A stretch of DNA of 42,722 nt from Octopus bimaculoides (GCF_001194135.2 NC_068985.1:29741188-29783909), one strand, 5' to 3'; counted from the stretch's first letter, positions 10,946 to 24,415 are shown. Notes: generated from the sequence alone by a model not told the origin. Program-made: numbers and translations.

Positions 10946-12355
10946 ATAGTGGAAGCACCAATGTCAGGCCGGTGATTGCGTTATCGTGTACAAACAATAT
11001 TTAATGACAAATGTGTATTTACTAAAGTAAACACGGGTTTGTATTCCGGTTATGCATACATTCACAAATGGCCGATTGAATACACAAGTCATCAAGGTCA
11101 CAGATGGGTATACTCATTACACCGCCATCTATACACCCTAGATCCAAACGGATTGCAAGTTCTGTGTTAGGTGAAGGATGAACAAATAACAACAGATGGA
11201 TTGTGGTTCACTACAGTTGTTTCAGACATGTTCTTTTTTTATTGACGAACAGAAGTGTTACATCATGCAAAAACAAAAAAAATGTTCATCAGGTGAATAC
11301 AAGTACGAATTAGATATTTAGAACTTCTCAAGAACAAGTACATGGCGCCATATCACTCTACTGACCCAAATTCAGTCAGAGAGTGAAGAGTTTAAGTTAG
11401 CATTAAGTTTATNNNNNNNNNNNNNNNNNNNNNNNNNNNNNNNNNNNNNNNNNNNNNNNNNNNNNNNNNNNNNNNNNNNNNNNNNNNNNNNNNNNNNNNN
11501 NNNNNNNNNNNNNNNNNNNNNNNNNNNNNNNNNNNNNNNNNNNNNNNNNNNNNNNNNNNNNNNNNNNNNNNNNNNNNNNNNNNNNNNNNNNNNNNNNNNN
11601 NNNNNNNNNNNNNNNNNNNNNNNNNNNNNNNNNNNNNNNNNNNNNNNNNNNNNNNNNNNNNNNNNNNNNNNNNNNNNNNNNNNNNNNNNNNNNNNNNNNN
11701 NNNNNNNNNNNNNNNNNNNNNNNNNNNNNNNNNNNNNNNNNNNNNNNNNNNNNNNNNNNNNNNNNNNNNNNNNNNNNNNNNNNNNNNNNNNNNNNNNNNN
11801 NNNNNNNNNNNNNNNNNNNNNNNNNNNNNNNNNNNNNNNNNNNNNNNNNNNNNNNNNNNNNNNNNNNNNNNNNNNNNNNNNNNNNNNNNNNNNNNNNNNN
11901 NNNNNNNNNNNNNNNNNNNNNNNNNNNNNNNNNNNNNNNNNNNNNNNNNNNNNNNNNNNNNNNNNNNNNNNNNNNNNNNNNNNNNNNNNNNNNNNNNNNN
12001 NNNNNNNNNNNNNNNNNNNNNNNNNNNNNNNNNNNNNNNNNNNNNNNNNNNNNNNNNNNNNNNNNNNNNNNNNNNNNNNNNNNNNNNNNNNNNNNNNNNN
12101 NNNNNNNNNNNNNNNNNNNNNNNNNNNNNNNNNNNNNNNNNNNNNNNNNNNNNNNNNNNNNNNNNNNNNNNNNNNNNNNNNNNNNNNNNNNNNNNNNNNN
12201 NNNNNNNNNNNNNNNNNNNNNNNNNNNNNNNNNNNNNNNNNNNNNNNNNNNTAAGGGAAGTACTGGATCTTCCCAGAAACAGCTGTAAGACTCTATCCAT
12301 AAAATACTTCTCCAACCTTACCTTTGCTCTCTTTATCTTTTTGTTTTTATATATT

Positions 12356-12386
<31 letters not shown>

Positions 12387-13078
12387 CCACACACATGCTA
12401 GACTATTATCTGTCATATGACACATAACTTTACAAGTATACTTTTGCCACTCTGGGTAACATCAGGAAATATGGCATACATATAATAATTAGAACTTAAG
12501 CTGTATTAAATTTATTGATGCTTAAAGAAACGATGAAAAAGAAACAAAAATTATTTATTAAGGAGTCATTTATTCCCTCTTCCTTCCCCCTCTGTCTAAT
12601 TGATTTTCTCTCTCCCTGTGTGTATGTGTGCACACCCGCACAACATTCCTTTACTTATTGATTGCCACCAAGCCTAGTATGTACACTCAGCTTGCACCTC
12701 TTATGCTAACTCTCTATATCTCTCTATTACTCTCTCCCCTTTTTACATTATGATATAAAGTGTGACTAGCGAAATGACATACAGAGAAACATATAGAAAT
12801 GTATATATACTCATACATACATACATGCAAACCATTTGCACATACGTCACTGGATTGAACACCTATGAACAATGAACCTTGTTGATCTTCTATGTTTTCA
12901 TTTATCACTGATGTTTTTCAGTAAACCTATTTTACAAATTTTCATATCCATGCAGATATGATGACCATTGCACATATAAATAACTCTCCATGTGCTTTGT
13001 GGATAATTACAAAAGACAGCTTTTGCACATGTATATATTTCTGTATATGTGTGTGTATCTATGTATATATATGTGCTC

Positions 13079-13110
<32 letters not shown>

Positions 13111-13560
13111 ATTGTAAATGCAAAAATAAAAACAAAACACAAAGGATTCTGCGGTACATGTGTTTCAAGCTTTATAGTTGTTACATTAGTGTATAATTGA
13201 CAGTATAAAGCTATCTTCAGCCGCAAATGTATTCTCTCCCAAGAATTATATCACATAGACGTTAAAGGAGGAAGAAAGATGAGATATAAGAGGTGAGGTT
13301 CCGTTTGGTATTTTGCATTGTAATATACCTCGTAGAATTCTTAATTTGATATATTTATACATAATTTCCTCGGTACTCCGGAATCCGTCCACACCTTGCC
13401 ACAATTCAGTGTGTAGTGAACGCTAAGTAAACAATACTATTTTATATTAGTTAGAAGGGTAGTGTTAAAGGATAGTGTTAAAAGGATGTATAAACACAAA
13501 TGCACACACACACATATATATATATATGTGTGTGTGTGTTTAATAGAATTTTGGTTACCA

Positions 13561-13751
13561 TTCTGGAACCCAATGATTCATGCTGATAGAAACTAGCATT
13601 TATTCATCCAGAATCCAAATCACAAATGCCATCCTGCCATGTAATTGATGTCAATTACAATAGCAAAATGTAGATTATGATTTGAATTCTGGAAAAACAA
13701 AAAAACAAAAAAATGCAGATTGCTGTCAGCATGAAACCTTGGGTTTCAGAA
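13561..13751. repeat. Degenerate fold-back palindrome, MITE-like
   Basis: Outer arms ttctggaacccaatgattcatgctgatag and ctgtcagcatgaaaccttgggtttcagaa match at 25 of 29 positions; inner CCAGAATxCAAATCA match; centre GTAATTGA-tg-TCAATTAC. Confidence 0.7.
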
Positions 13752-13826
13752 AGACAGCGAAAACTCTATTAAATGGATTTGTCTATCCACCTTATTAGTG
13801 TTAAGTTCATTATTATCATTATTATC

Positions 13827-14064
13827 AAGGTGGCAAGCTGGCAGAATCATTAGCACACTGGACGAAATGCTTAGCAGCATTTTCCCCATCAGTATGTACT
13901 GAGTTCAAATGCCGCTGAGGTCAACTTTGCCTTTCATCCTTTTGGGGTCGATAAATTAAGTACCAGTGAAACACTGGGGTCGATGTAATCGACTTATCTC
14001 TTCCCCCAAAATAGCTGCCCTTGGGGCAAAATTTGAAACCATTATTATTATTATTATTATTATT
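13827..14064 (+). mobile_element. SINE family C, full length with (ATT)n tail
   Basis: Head AAGGTGGCAAGCTGGCAGAATC, B-box GAGTTCAAAT, core GCCTTTCATCCTTTTGGGGTCGATAAATTAAGTACC, ATT tail. Confidence 0.8.
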
Positions 14065-14549
14065 GTGTGTATGTGTGTGTGTGCATATCTTATATAAGCT
14101 TACAAAAATGTACATCTGAAAACAAAGTGAAACATTGTACAGTATACAAAATTAAAATGATAAAAAGATACGCTTTTAATGCAAGGTTTTAACAAGGATA
14201 AAAAAATAAAACGCAAACAAAAAGTGAGAATAGTTTCACTTTTTTATTGTTTTCAGAAATACATTATTGTTCAGTCCTAGCTCAGCCCTAATCCAGCAGA
14301 TCTATGATCAAAGACTCTCCATCAGTGACCCCAGCCCTCCTTTTTGTGATGGTGTATAACTGGTTATCCAATATCTTCTTTTTTTTCTTTAAGATTGCAG
14401 TGTGTATGATTTGAGGGAGATATGGATGATCTAGAGAGAACAAGCAACAACATGTTCCCTTGTTAGCTTGCATAGCCAGTATATACACACATACATAATA
14501 TATATATATTGATATATGTATACATATATAGGATACATATAGATATATG

Positions 14550-14594
<45 letters not shown>

Positions 14595-15059
14595 NNNNNN
14601 NNNNNNNNNNNNNNNTGTGTGTGTGTATATATATATGTTTTTTGTGATGCCCTGTACCCATATATGTATACATATAGATGTAGGTATATGTATGGATATT
14701 TGCATATAGTTATATATTATTTATGCTATTATATATATATATATATATATTGATATAGGATAGTGTAATTTTTCATTAACTCCGAGCGAACACAGGACAA
14801 GGAGAACTATGATCAAGGGGACTCCAGCAGTGATCCTCTGTCAATTATTTCAGACATTGTATGTCTAGGACTGCATTACACAATGTGCCATTCCTACTTT
14901 TAAGATAGCAGGGTGAGTTGAAAGAAATGTTTTTAGCTGCCTTTGCTAGCAGATCAGTCAACAAAGCAAAAGCTCTTTCGATTACTTTTGTCATTGTTGG
15001 TTTAAATTGCAAAACAAAACAAACAAATAATATCTCATCATGTACGAGAGTGTATGTGT

Positions 15060-15093
<34 letters not shown>

Positions 15094-15147
15094 GCACACA
15101 TATATATATACATGCATACATACACATATAATATAGATACATATATA

Positions 15148-15179
<32 letters not shown>

Positions 15180-15439
15180 GGTGCGGGAGTGGCTGTGTGG
15201 TAAGTAGCTTGCTTACCAACCACATGGTCCCGGGTTCAGTCCCACTGCGTGGCATCTTGGGCAAGTGTCTTCTACTATAGCCTCGGGCCGACCAAAGCCT
15301 TGTGAGTGGATTTGATAGATGGAAACTGAAAGAAGCCTGTCGTATATATGTATATATATATGTGTGTGTGTATGTGTTTGTATGTCTGTGTTTGTCCCCC
15401 AACATCGCTTGACAACCGATGCTGGTGTGTTTATGTCCC
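15180..15439 (+). mobile_element. SINE family A, cut by an assembly gap
   Basis: GGAGTGGCTGTGTGGTAAGTAGCTTGC head; near-identical to the other family A copies. Confidence 0.85.
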
Positions 15440-15698
15440 NNNNNNNNNNNNNNNNNNNNNNNNNNNNNNNNNNNNNNNNNNNNNNNNNNNNNNNNNNNNN
15501 NNNNNNNNNNNNNNNNNNNNNNNNNNNNNNNNNNNNNNNNNNNNNNNNNNNNNNNNNNNNNNNNNNNNNNNNNNNNNNNNNNNNNNNNNNNNNNNNNNNN
15601 NNNNNNNNNNNNNNNNNNNNNNNNNNNNNNNNNNNNNNNNNCATATATATACAAACATATATATATACAAACGTATATATGCATACATACATATATAT

Positions 15699-15729
<31 letters not shown>

Positions 15730-15747
15730 CATATATACATACATATA

Positions 15748-16978
15748 CAAGGGTTGGACAAAATAATGGAAACACCTGGCATCATAATTTTGAAATATCT
15801 ATAAAACTGTCAAAAGCTTGTTTATTTTTTTGTTTTTTTTAATTTATTATTAGCGTTGCTTAATATGTTTTGCTAAAATTGCAGTTTCTTTTCAGCTATC
15901 AGTAAAAGGTAATTAAAATTCATGAAAATGACAGATCTATCGGACTTTCAAAGAGGTCAAATTGTTGGTGCTCATATGGCAGGTGCTAGCATAATGAAAA
16001 TAGCAAAAATGGTTTGTGTATTAAGGAGTACTGTCTTGAAAGTAATGACAGCCTTTGAGAAAGAGGAAAAACCTCCTCGTCAAAACAAAACTCCAGAAGA
16101 AAACCAAAACTTTCAAATAGGGACCATCAGACTCTTATGCCAATTGTTAGAAAGGATCACAAAAGTACAGCTCCCAAAATTATTGCCAGAGCTTAATGAC
16201 CACCTTGAGAACCCAGTTTCTCCAAAAACTGTTCACCGGAAGCTACACAAAGCCAGATTTCACGGGAGGGCTGCAATCAGAAAACCACTACTTTCAAAAA
16301 CAAATGCTGCAAAGCATTTAGAGTGGAGTAAAAACCTACAGAATTGGTCCCTAGAGCAGTGGAAGCATGTTATTTTCTTGGATGAGCCATCTTTTACCTT
16401 ATTTCTGACCACTGGCTGAGTATATGTGTGGAGACAGCCAAAAGAGGCATTTGACCCAGACTGCTTTCTCTCAACTGTTAAACATGGAGGAGGATCTGTG
16501 ATGATCTGTGGGGGCTACATCTTGGAAATCTGCTGGCCAATGGTTTCCCTTCACGGCAGAATGAATAGTCAAGACTATTTAAGCATCTTATCTGATCAAG
16601 TTCATCCTATGATTGTGGAACTGTTTCTGGAGGGGAAACACAATCTATCCAGATGATAATGCACCAATTCACACAGCTAAAGTTGTTACTGAATGGCACA
16701 AGGAACATTCTAGTGAATTTGAACATCTTATCTGGCCAACACAGTCCCCAGATCTCAATATTATTGAACATTTACAGTGCATTTTAGAAAAACAAGTAAG
16801 GAGCTGATATCCTCCACCATCATCACTACAAGAACTGGAGACTGTTTTAGCTGAAGAATGGACAAAAATTCCTTTGGAAACAATTCAAACTTTGTATGCA
16901 TCCACACCTCATAGAATTCAAGCTGTAATAAGTTTGTTTGAAATTTTAAGGTATTTCCATTATTTTGTCCAACCTCTG
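15748..16978 (+). mobile_element. Full-length (1231 bp) Tc1/mariner DNA transposon with DD36E spacing and inactivated transposase
   Basis: 29-bp TIRs (CAAGGGTTGGACAAAATAATGGAAACACC; reverse complement CAGAGGTTGGACAAAATAATGGAAATACC; 3 mismatches) flanked by TA. Transposase motifs DLSDFQRGQIVG, RKPLLSK, VIFLDEP, VKHGGGSVM, DDNAPIH and WPTQSPDLNIIEHL. TGA stops at 16417 and 16805 plus frameshifts. Confidence 0.95.
15922..16940 (+). pseudogene. Tc1-like transposase pseudogene
   Basis: ORFs 15922-16419, 16426-16656 and 16613-16807 and the downstream YPPPSSLQELETVLAEEWTKIP segment tile one transposase. Confidence 0.9.
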
Positions 16979-17025
16979 TACATATATATACGTATATATA
17001 TACATATATATATACATATACATAC

Positions 17026-17056
<31 letters not shown>

Positions 17057-17066
17057 CATACATATA

Positions 17067-17117
17067 TACTCTTTTACTTGTTTCAGTCTTTTGACTGTGG
17101 CCATGCTGGAGCACCTT
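17067..17117 (-). mobile_element. SINE family A 3' tail fragment
   Basis: CTCTTTTACTTGTTTCAGTC...GGCCATGCTGGAGCACC. Confidence 0.7.
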
Positions 17118-17153
17118 CTTTACATACATTTATATATACATACATATACATAA

Positions 17154-17184
<31 letters not shown>

Positions 17185-19165
17185 TGCATGTAGGAATTTG
17201 CCTCATGATTATAGGTTCCAGTTGTATTTTCAGGCAAGCAATATGGTTGACCCAAACCAAGCATTCTGATGGAAACTATGAGGAAGCTCATTGAATGGAC
17301 TGCATTGGTAATTGAAAAAGGTAAGCCTTGTTGCACATTGTGTCCGGCTGATTCTACTCAGGGATACACTAAGTGTACAAAGGTCTGTGGAATACTCAGT
17401 CATTTACAGATAATAATTCAATGAGTGGATACATAGATTGAGCAAAGAAATGGAGCTATTCATTGGCAAAATTGACATAGATCCTTTTCATTTTACTTTA
17501 TATACGAGAGACATTTATTGAGTCTCTAATATAACAGTTCTGAATATACATTTCAATGAACCTTTCTTGTCTTTTTCCATGTATGAATTGTATTTTTTCT
17601 GTGCGTGAAAATCTGTTTTCTGTTTTTAATATATTCAAAATTTTTGATCCCTTTCCCTGTTACTCGCATATAGAACAAAAAAAAAAAAACAATCATATTA
17701 AAATGTTTGTTTTGTTTTTTAAAAAAATGATTTAGAAAATTTATTGAATCCTTTTTTAAATATTCAAATTGTTTTTCTCACTTTTTAATTTTTTTTAAAA
17801 TTATGAATATGATTTTTTTCCATAGCAAATTGAAGTCCAAATATGCTTCAGTTACAAAAAAAAAAAAAAGAAAATGTCTGAAATAATTATTTTATTATCA
17901 AGTTTTTCTCTCAGATGTATCATTATTTACAATATTATTAATATTATTTCCAAAATGTAAAATAAAAAAACAAAAAATAAAATGCAAAAAATTTGTATTT
18001 CCCCAAAGACAAGACGATTATTATTATTATAGTGGCAGATTGGTATAATCATTAGACTTTGTGGTATTCTTTCTGGCTCTTTATGTTTTGAGTTCAAGTT
18101 CCAATGAGACCAAAAAAGCCATTGCTGACAGCACATATTCTGCTAAATTCTACCAACTTGCTGTGAAATGCTCTCTTATATATGACAAACACACATATAT
18201 ACATATGTATGTATATATAGATATTTAATAAAGGTCATAATTTTAAGCCTAGTTTAAACAAAATGGAGCACTTATAGATATGGTACCATAGTAGTGAGGG
18301 TCAAATTTTTCAAAATCCATGTTGCCTGGGACTATATATATATAAATTAATATAAGCAGCTACATGCAAGATAAAACCATAAAGGAAACATTTAATTGTC
18401 ACTAATTGTGACTAAGGGTGCCGAATAGCACCTATATTGTTAAAAATAAGAGTTAAAACCCTTAAAACTACGTAAGTGCACATACATACGTATATATACG
18501 CAGACACACACTGACAGGGGAGATAACCGCTCATGACCAAAACTGGAAAATCACCTGGACTAGACAAATTTCGTTTGTTAATCGTAGACTCATCAGCAGT
18601 GTCTATCCTCATTGCTAAGATATTCAGCATATATATATATATATNNNNNNNNNNNNNNNNNNNNNNNNNNNNNNNNNNNNNNNNNNNNNNNNNNNNNNNN
18701 NNNNNNNNNNNNNNNNNNNNNNNNNNNNNNNNNNNNNNNNNNNNNNNNNNNNNNNNNNNNNNNNNNNNNNNNNNNNNNNNNNNNNNNNNNNNNNNNNNNN
18801 NNNNNNNNNNNNNNNNNNNNNNNNNNNNNNNNNNNNNNNNNNNNNNNNNNNNNNNNNNNNNNNNNNNNNNNNNNNNNNNNNNNNNNNNNNNNNNNNNNNN
18901 NNNNNNNNNNNNNNNNNNNNNNNNNNNNNNNNNNNNNNNNNNNNNNNNNNNNNNNNNNNNNNNNNNNNNNNNNNNNNNNNNNNNNNNNNNNNNNNNNNNT
19001 TAATTATTACCTGTCTTTTAAAAGTATTCTCTGGATGCACTGAATACTCCTTTCTTTCATTTGTAACCAAAAATACATACACAGAAACTCGCATTATATA
19101 TATATATATATATATATGTTTTATTTATGGGTTAAGACAACCATTTGTTTTGTGTTATTCTTTTT

Positions 19166-19516
19166 CTTTTACTTGTTTCAACCATACTGGAGTGCCACCT
19201 TAGAGGGTTTTAATTGAAGAAATTGACCCCAGGACTTATTCTATCAGTCTCTCTTGCCGAACTGCTAAGTTACGATGGCACAAACATACCAACATCAGTT
19301 GTCAAGTAATGGTAGGGGGACAAACACAGACATATAAATATGTATATCCATATATGATGGGCTTTTTTCAGTTTCCATCTGCCAAATCCATTCACAAGGC
19401 TTTGGTCAGCCTGAGGCTATAGTAGAAGACACTTGCCCAAGGTGTCACACAGTGGGACTGAATCTGGAACCGTGTGGTTGGAAAGCAAGCTTCTTACCAC
19501 ACAGCCACACCTGCGC
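19166..19516 (-). mobile_element. SINE family A, diverged full-length copy
   Basis: Same tail, body and head as 957-1348. Confidence 0.8.
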
Positions 19517-19740
19517 TTATGTTAAGGGAAGTTCTTTAACATTAAGCCTATTACATGCAACATTGATGTTCGTCCCCAATCCCAAATGGAGATGAACACC
19601 AATGTTCCAGGTGATAAGCTTGATAATTGTTGAGGTATTTGCCTTAATATGAAACCAATGATGATAGTCTTAACCAATAAATAAAGAATTTTTATCTGCC
19701 AATGTAGTGCTGAACACTCATTCCCATTGCTTGCTACTAG

Positions 19741-19915
19741 TATGTACGTATGTATGTATGTATGTATGTATGTATGTATGTATGTATGCATGCATACATA
19801 CATACTAGTAATGCATGCATGCATGTATGTATGTATGTATGCATGTATGTATGTATGCATGTATGTATGCATGTATGTATGCATGCATGCATGCATGTAT
19901 GTACGTACGTACGCA
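19741..19915. repeat. (TATG)n/(TGCA)n compound microsatellite
   Basis: Seen directly. Confidence 0.9.
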
Positions 19916-20710
19916 CACACACACATATATATATGCACACATAAACAGATACACACAAAGACTTTTCATTGTTTAATGTGATCCACATATTTCTTTTACA
20001 CAATTTAAAAAAATAATTTCCTTACTCCTTTTGTATCTTGTAAACATGGTTTCATCTTCTTTAGCATAAAATCATCAGTACATGTGAAGAGTAAATCTCT
20101 ATACTTATATACACATCTTTTACTGATCTTAGTTACTCTATTTTAATTTTAAGGACTAAGTTTTCTTAAGAGCATGAATGTTACTCTTCCAGGATGATCA
20201 ATCTTATTCTCTGCAGTTTATCAGTTTAGGAATTGTTGTTATTTAGCCCAAATGAACAAACCTATTCAAGATCCTTTTTTTAAAATCTTTGGGCAGTATA
20301 TCTGAGGTATACATGTCTCCACTTTTTAAGAGTGTAGGACATATTTCAGAGAGAAACAGCTGCTATTTTTGGTCCCCACACTTTCTTCTATGTTATTTAA
20401 TTTTATAATCCATTTTGTTTTTTTTTTCCTTATACATAGGTCTCCTATAAAAATAGGGTATTCCTATTGTTTCCATACCACTTCTAGCAGCAGATCTTCA
20501 TTTTTATGCTTCAACTTTGACACTTGCATCTCATTATAATAGTTGTTATTAGACTATCAGTTATTGTGTCCTCAAGTGAAACAAGAGGGTGTTGGTCCAC
20601 TAATCCTCAAAAGGCCAAGGTAATATATATATATATATATATTTCGTTTTTGGATTTGGTTTCCAAGATTCTTTATGTGAGTTTGTGTGTTGAAGCATAT
20701 TCCGTTGTTT

Positions 20711-20987
20711 GGAGAGTCATTCTCTTTTAGTGCCTTATAATTTAACACACTCACCGGTNNNNNNNNNNGTGCCTTATAATTTAACACACTCACCGGTAAA
20801 ATTATCACTTATTTCTTTTCTATTCTTCTAAAATTTTCGTTGCGTCTTTCAACCTTTTCAATAGTCAAAACTATTGAAAAGGTTGCAAGACGCAATGAAA
20901 ATTTTAGAAAAATAAAAAAAAGAAATAAGTGGAAATTTTACGGGTGAGTGTGTTAAATTATAAGGCACCTAAAGAGAATGACTCTCC
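20711..20987. repeat. Fold-back palindrome with about 115-bp arms and a 6-nt loop (MITE-like); 28 bp duplicated across a 10-N gap
   Basis: GGAGAGTCATTCTCTTT...CAACCTTTTCAATAG-tcaaaa-CTATTGAAAAGGTTG...AAAGAGAATGACTCTCC. Confidence 0.85.
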
Positions 20988-21583
20988 ACAGACACAACAG
21001 TATATATATATATAATTTGCTGACTAGAACCAATCTAAGGGCAACAACCTATCCCACCTAACGCTCAGACAATATATTATTACAAATTTACTAACGTTTT
21101 TCTATTTCCATTTTGATGAGCTGTCTATAAGGCTAAGCACTTTATGAATGCAAAACCATAGTTCACTCTATGATTGGCAATATAATTAACTTCCTATAAA
21201 TATATATGAAATTTGGGTTAGTTAAAATATGTTTGTGACATTGTTTAACTTCTAAAGGCAAATTCATTGCAATTAACAGGAAGGGAAAAAATGATCTTTT
21301 ATGGTAAAAGGTGTAAAAACACCATATCTGCCAAGTGTACACATAAATACCACAGACTCATATGTATATACAGCTATAGTTTTAAGCACCATGATGATTT
21401 TACAGCAATCAAAGAAGTGCCATAAAGAGCTGTTAGGACAAAATACATATCACTTTGAGATACAGCAGCAGTGATAAAGATAACACCAGGGAGAGAGAGA
21501 GTAGTTGTAAATAGGTACCACAGTGAATGGTAACAATAAAACAAGTATACAGAAAAGTATGCGATGGCTCATGGTTTAATGGT

Positions 21584-21860
21584 TAGTGGGTATTCACTTA
21601 TGACTGTAAGGCCGTAACCTTGATTCCTGTTGGCGTGTTGTGTCCTTGAGTATGACACTTTATTTCACATTGCCTCACTCCACTCAGCTGGCAAAAATGA
21701 GTGGTACCCATATTTCAAAGGGCCAGCCTTGTCACACTGAACCTCCCTGTGGACTACTCAGTCATTTACAGATATTCCACTTGCACATTAATTTCATAAG
21801 CAGGCTGTTCGATTGATTGGATCAACTGGAACCATCATCGTCGTAAGCAATGGAGTGCCA
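21584..21860 (+). mobile_element. SINE family B, diverged
   Basis: Head GGCTCATGGTTTAATGGTTAG, core GTGTCCTTGAGTATGACACTTTATTTCAC; the body segment TGTGGAxTACTCAGTCATTTACAGATA also occurs near 17385. Confidence 0.55.
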
Positions 21861-22903
21861 GTTTTTTGCAGACAAGTACAACATTGTAGAAGTAATAACT
21901 GGTTTTGTTTTTTTCCCTCCTCCCCTATTATCTTACAGTATTAAGCTCAGATAAGCTATCTCCAAATGGTCTGAGAGGATTATAAAAACAGCACATTGTT
22001 ATTATTGTTATTACAATGGAAGTGAGTGAACTACTGAACTAAAAATGCATTGCATTTTGTGTAGTTATAAACTTTTTTTATTTTGAATTTTTACTCCTAC
22101 TGAGATTACCTCTGCTTTCATGACTTCAGGAATCATTAAAATACTGGTTGTCCACTGCGGTAATTNNNNNNNNNNNNNNNNNNNNNNNNNNNNNNNNNNN
22201 NNNNNNNNNNNNNNNNNNNNNNNNNNNNNNNNNNNNNNNNNNNNNNNNNNNNNNNNNNNNNNNNNNNNNNNNNNNNNNNNNNNNNNNNNNNNNNNNNNNN
22301 NNNNNNNNNNNNNNNNNNNNNNNNNNNNNNNNNNNNNNNNNNNNNNNNNNNNNNNNNNNNNNNNNNNNNNNNNNNNNNNNNNNNNNNNNNNNNNNNNNNN
22401 NNNNNNNNNNNNNNNNNNNNNNNNNNNNNNNNNNNNNNNNNNNNNNNNNNNNNNNNNNNNNNNNNNNNNNNNNNNNNNNNNNNNNNNNNNNNNNNNNNNN
22501 NNNNNNNNNNNNNNNNNNNNNNNNNNNNNNNNNNNNNNNNNNNNNNNNNNNNNNNNNNNNNNNNNNNNNNNNNNNNNNNNNNNNNNNNNNNNNNNNNNNN
22601 NNNNNNNNNNNNNNNNNNNNNNNNNNNNNNNNNNNNNNNNNNNNNNNNNNNNNNNNNNNNNNNNNNNNNNNNNNNNNNNNNNNNNNNNNNNNNNNNNNNN
22701 NNNNNNNNNNNNNNNNNNNNNNNNNNNNNNNNNNNNNNNNNNNNNNNNNNNNNNNNNNNNNNNNNNNNNNNNNNNNNNNNNNNNNNNNNNNNNNNNNNNN
22801 NNNNNNNNNNNNNNNNNNNNNNNNNNNNNNNNNNNNNNNNNNNNNNNNNNNNNNNNNNNNNNNNNNNNNNNNNNNNNNNNNNNNNNNNNNNNNNNNNNNN
22901 NNN

Positions 22904-24375
22904 GCTAATGATTATGCCAGCTCGCCACCTTAATAATAATAATAATTCTTTCTAATTTTGGCTTAAGGCCAATAATTTTAGGGGTGGAGAAAATTTGAAA
23001 ACATCGATCTCAATTCTTGACTTACTTTATTTTATTGATTCCAAAAAGATGAAAAGCCAAGTTGTCCTTGGTGGGATTTGAACACAGATCATAATAATAA
23101 TATTGATTTCAAATTTTGACACAAGGCCAGTAATGTTTGGAGGAGGGGGTACATCGACCCCCAGTGTTCAACTGGTACTTATTTTATTGATCCTAAAAAG
23201 TATGAAAGGCAAAGTCAACTTTGGCAGAAACTGAATTCAGAATGTGAAGATGGATGAAATACCACAAGGCATTTTGCCCGGCATGCTAACAATTCTGCCA
23301 GTTCATCACCTTAAATCACGATAATAATATTAATAATAAAAATCAAAACAATTTATATGAAGATTTTATCATGACATCATCAAACAATGCTTTAACAGCA
23401 CTGATCAATCACACTGAATTGTCCTATTTTTTTTTTTCAATTCTTTAAATATGCAAGTCTTGATACCATTATGTGCACACACATATATGTGTGTGTATGC
23501 ACATGCGGGTGTGTGAACATGTATGTAAACTTATAAATTCATTAATATGATAACACTAGCAGGGGAATTTATCCATCAACCAATTTTGTGATCAAGTCAA
23601 GTTACTGCTTACTCAGTGACTGACCAGTAAGCTAGTCAGTCAGTTGGTAGGTCACCATTAAAAAATTGACAGGAGTGGTGGGTTGGTGGGTTACTAGATG
23701 GAAGCAGTTCAATTTCCTTTATTCTGGTCACCAGGATTGCTAACAGTGATGATAATAGCAGAGGTTATGGTGACAGTACCAGTAGAAGTGGTATTAGTAG
23801 TGGTGGTGGTGGTGTCGTTAAGTAGTTGTGATGATAATGGTAGTCATTGTGGAAATAATGGTACATGCTGTTATCACGGTGGTGGTGGTGGTGTCTAGAC
23901 ATGTTCGGAATCCAGTAAGGCCAAACACACTGTCTTACCATTCTAATGAATTCAAAAATTAATTGTTGTTTATAATTATGATTTGTCACTTTGGCATCGG
24001 GCCTCGAATTGTATCCCATTACTTGACTGCTACATTATTTTTTTGGACCCTAGAAGGATGAAAGGCAAAGCTGACCTCAGTGGGATTTGAACTTAGTGGT
24101 AGCTGTAGTAGTACTAGTAGTAGCAGCAGCAGTTGTAGAAGTAGTTGTAGTAAAAATAAATAATAATGGTTTCAATTTTTGGTAAAAAGCCAGCAACTTT
24201 AGGGGTAGAGTAAGTCAATTACATTGACTCCAGTATTTGACTGATTCTTTTACTGACCCAGAAAGAATGAAATACAAAGTCAACTTTGGTGGAATTTGAA
24301 CTCAGAACATGAGTTGAAAGAAATGCTGCAAAGCATTTTTAGCCAATGCACAAACAATTCTGCCAACTCTGCACC

Positions 24376-24377
<2 letters not shown>
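22904..24377 (-). mobile_element. Cluster of about 5 co-oriented SINE family C copies or fragments (22904, 22948, 23104, 23985, 24167) with interspersed (GGT/AGT)n tracts
   Basis: Repeated GAAAGGxAAAGTxxAC...GGxATTTGAACTCAG and AAGCATTTTGCCC...CTGCCAG motifs. Confidence 0.75.

Positions 24378-24415
<38 letters not shown>

Noticed and set aside
15180-15260. tRNA gene calls at SINE heads (also 40795, 13827, 21584)
   Set aside because: A/B-box-like heads run into SINE cores and tails with no complete cloverleaf.
12898-19981. ORFs rich in YIYI, THTH, CVCV or MYVC
   Set aside because: Translations of (TA)n, (CA)n and (TATG)n microsatellites and SINE interiors.
14854-20618. Plus-strand AG...GT-flanked segments at 14854-14912 and 20441-20618 as coding exons
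   Set aside because: All three frames are closed; at most non-coding exons, with no further support.
22904-24377. CRISPR-like array of repeated motifs
   Set aside because: Eukaryotic context; the repeats are diverged SINE copies with irregular spacing and no cas genes.
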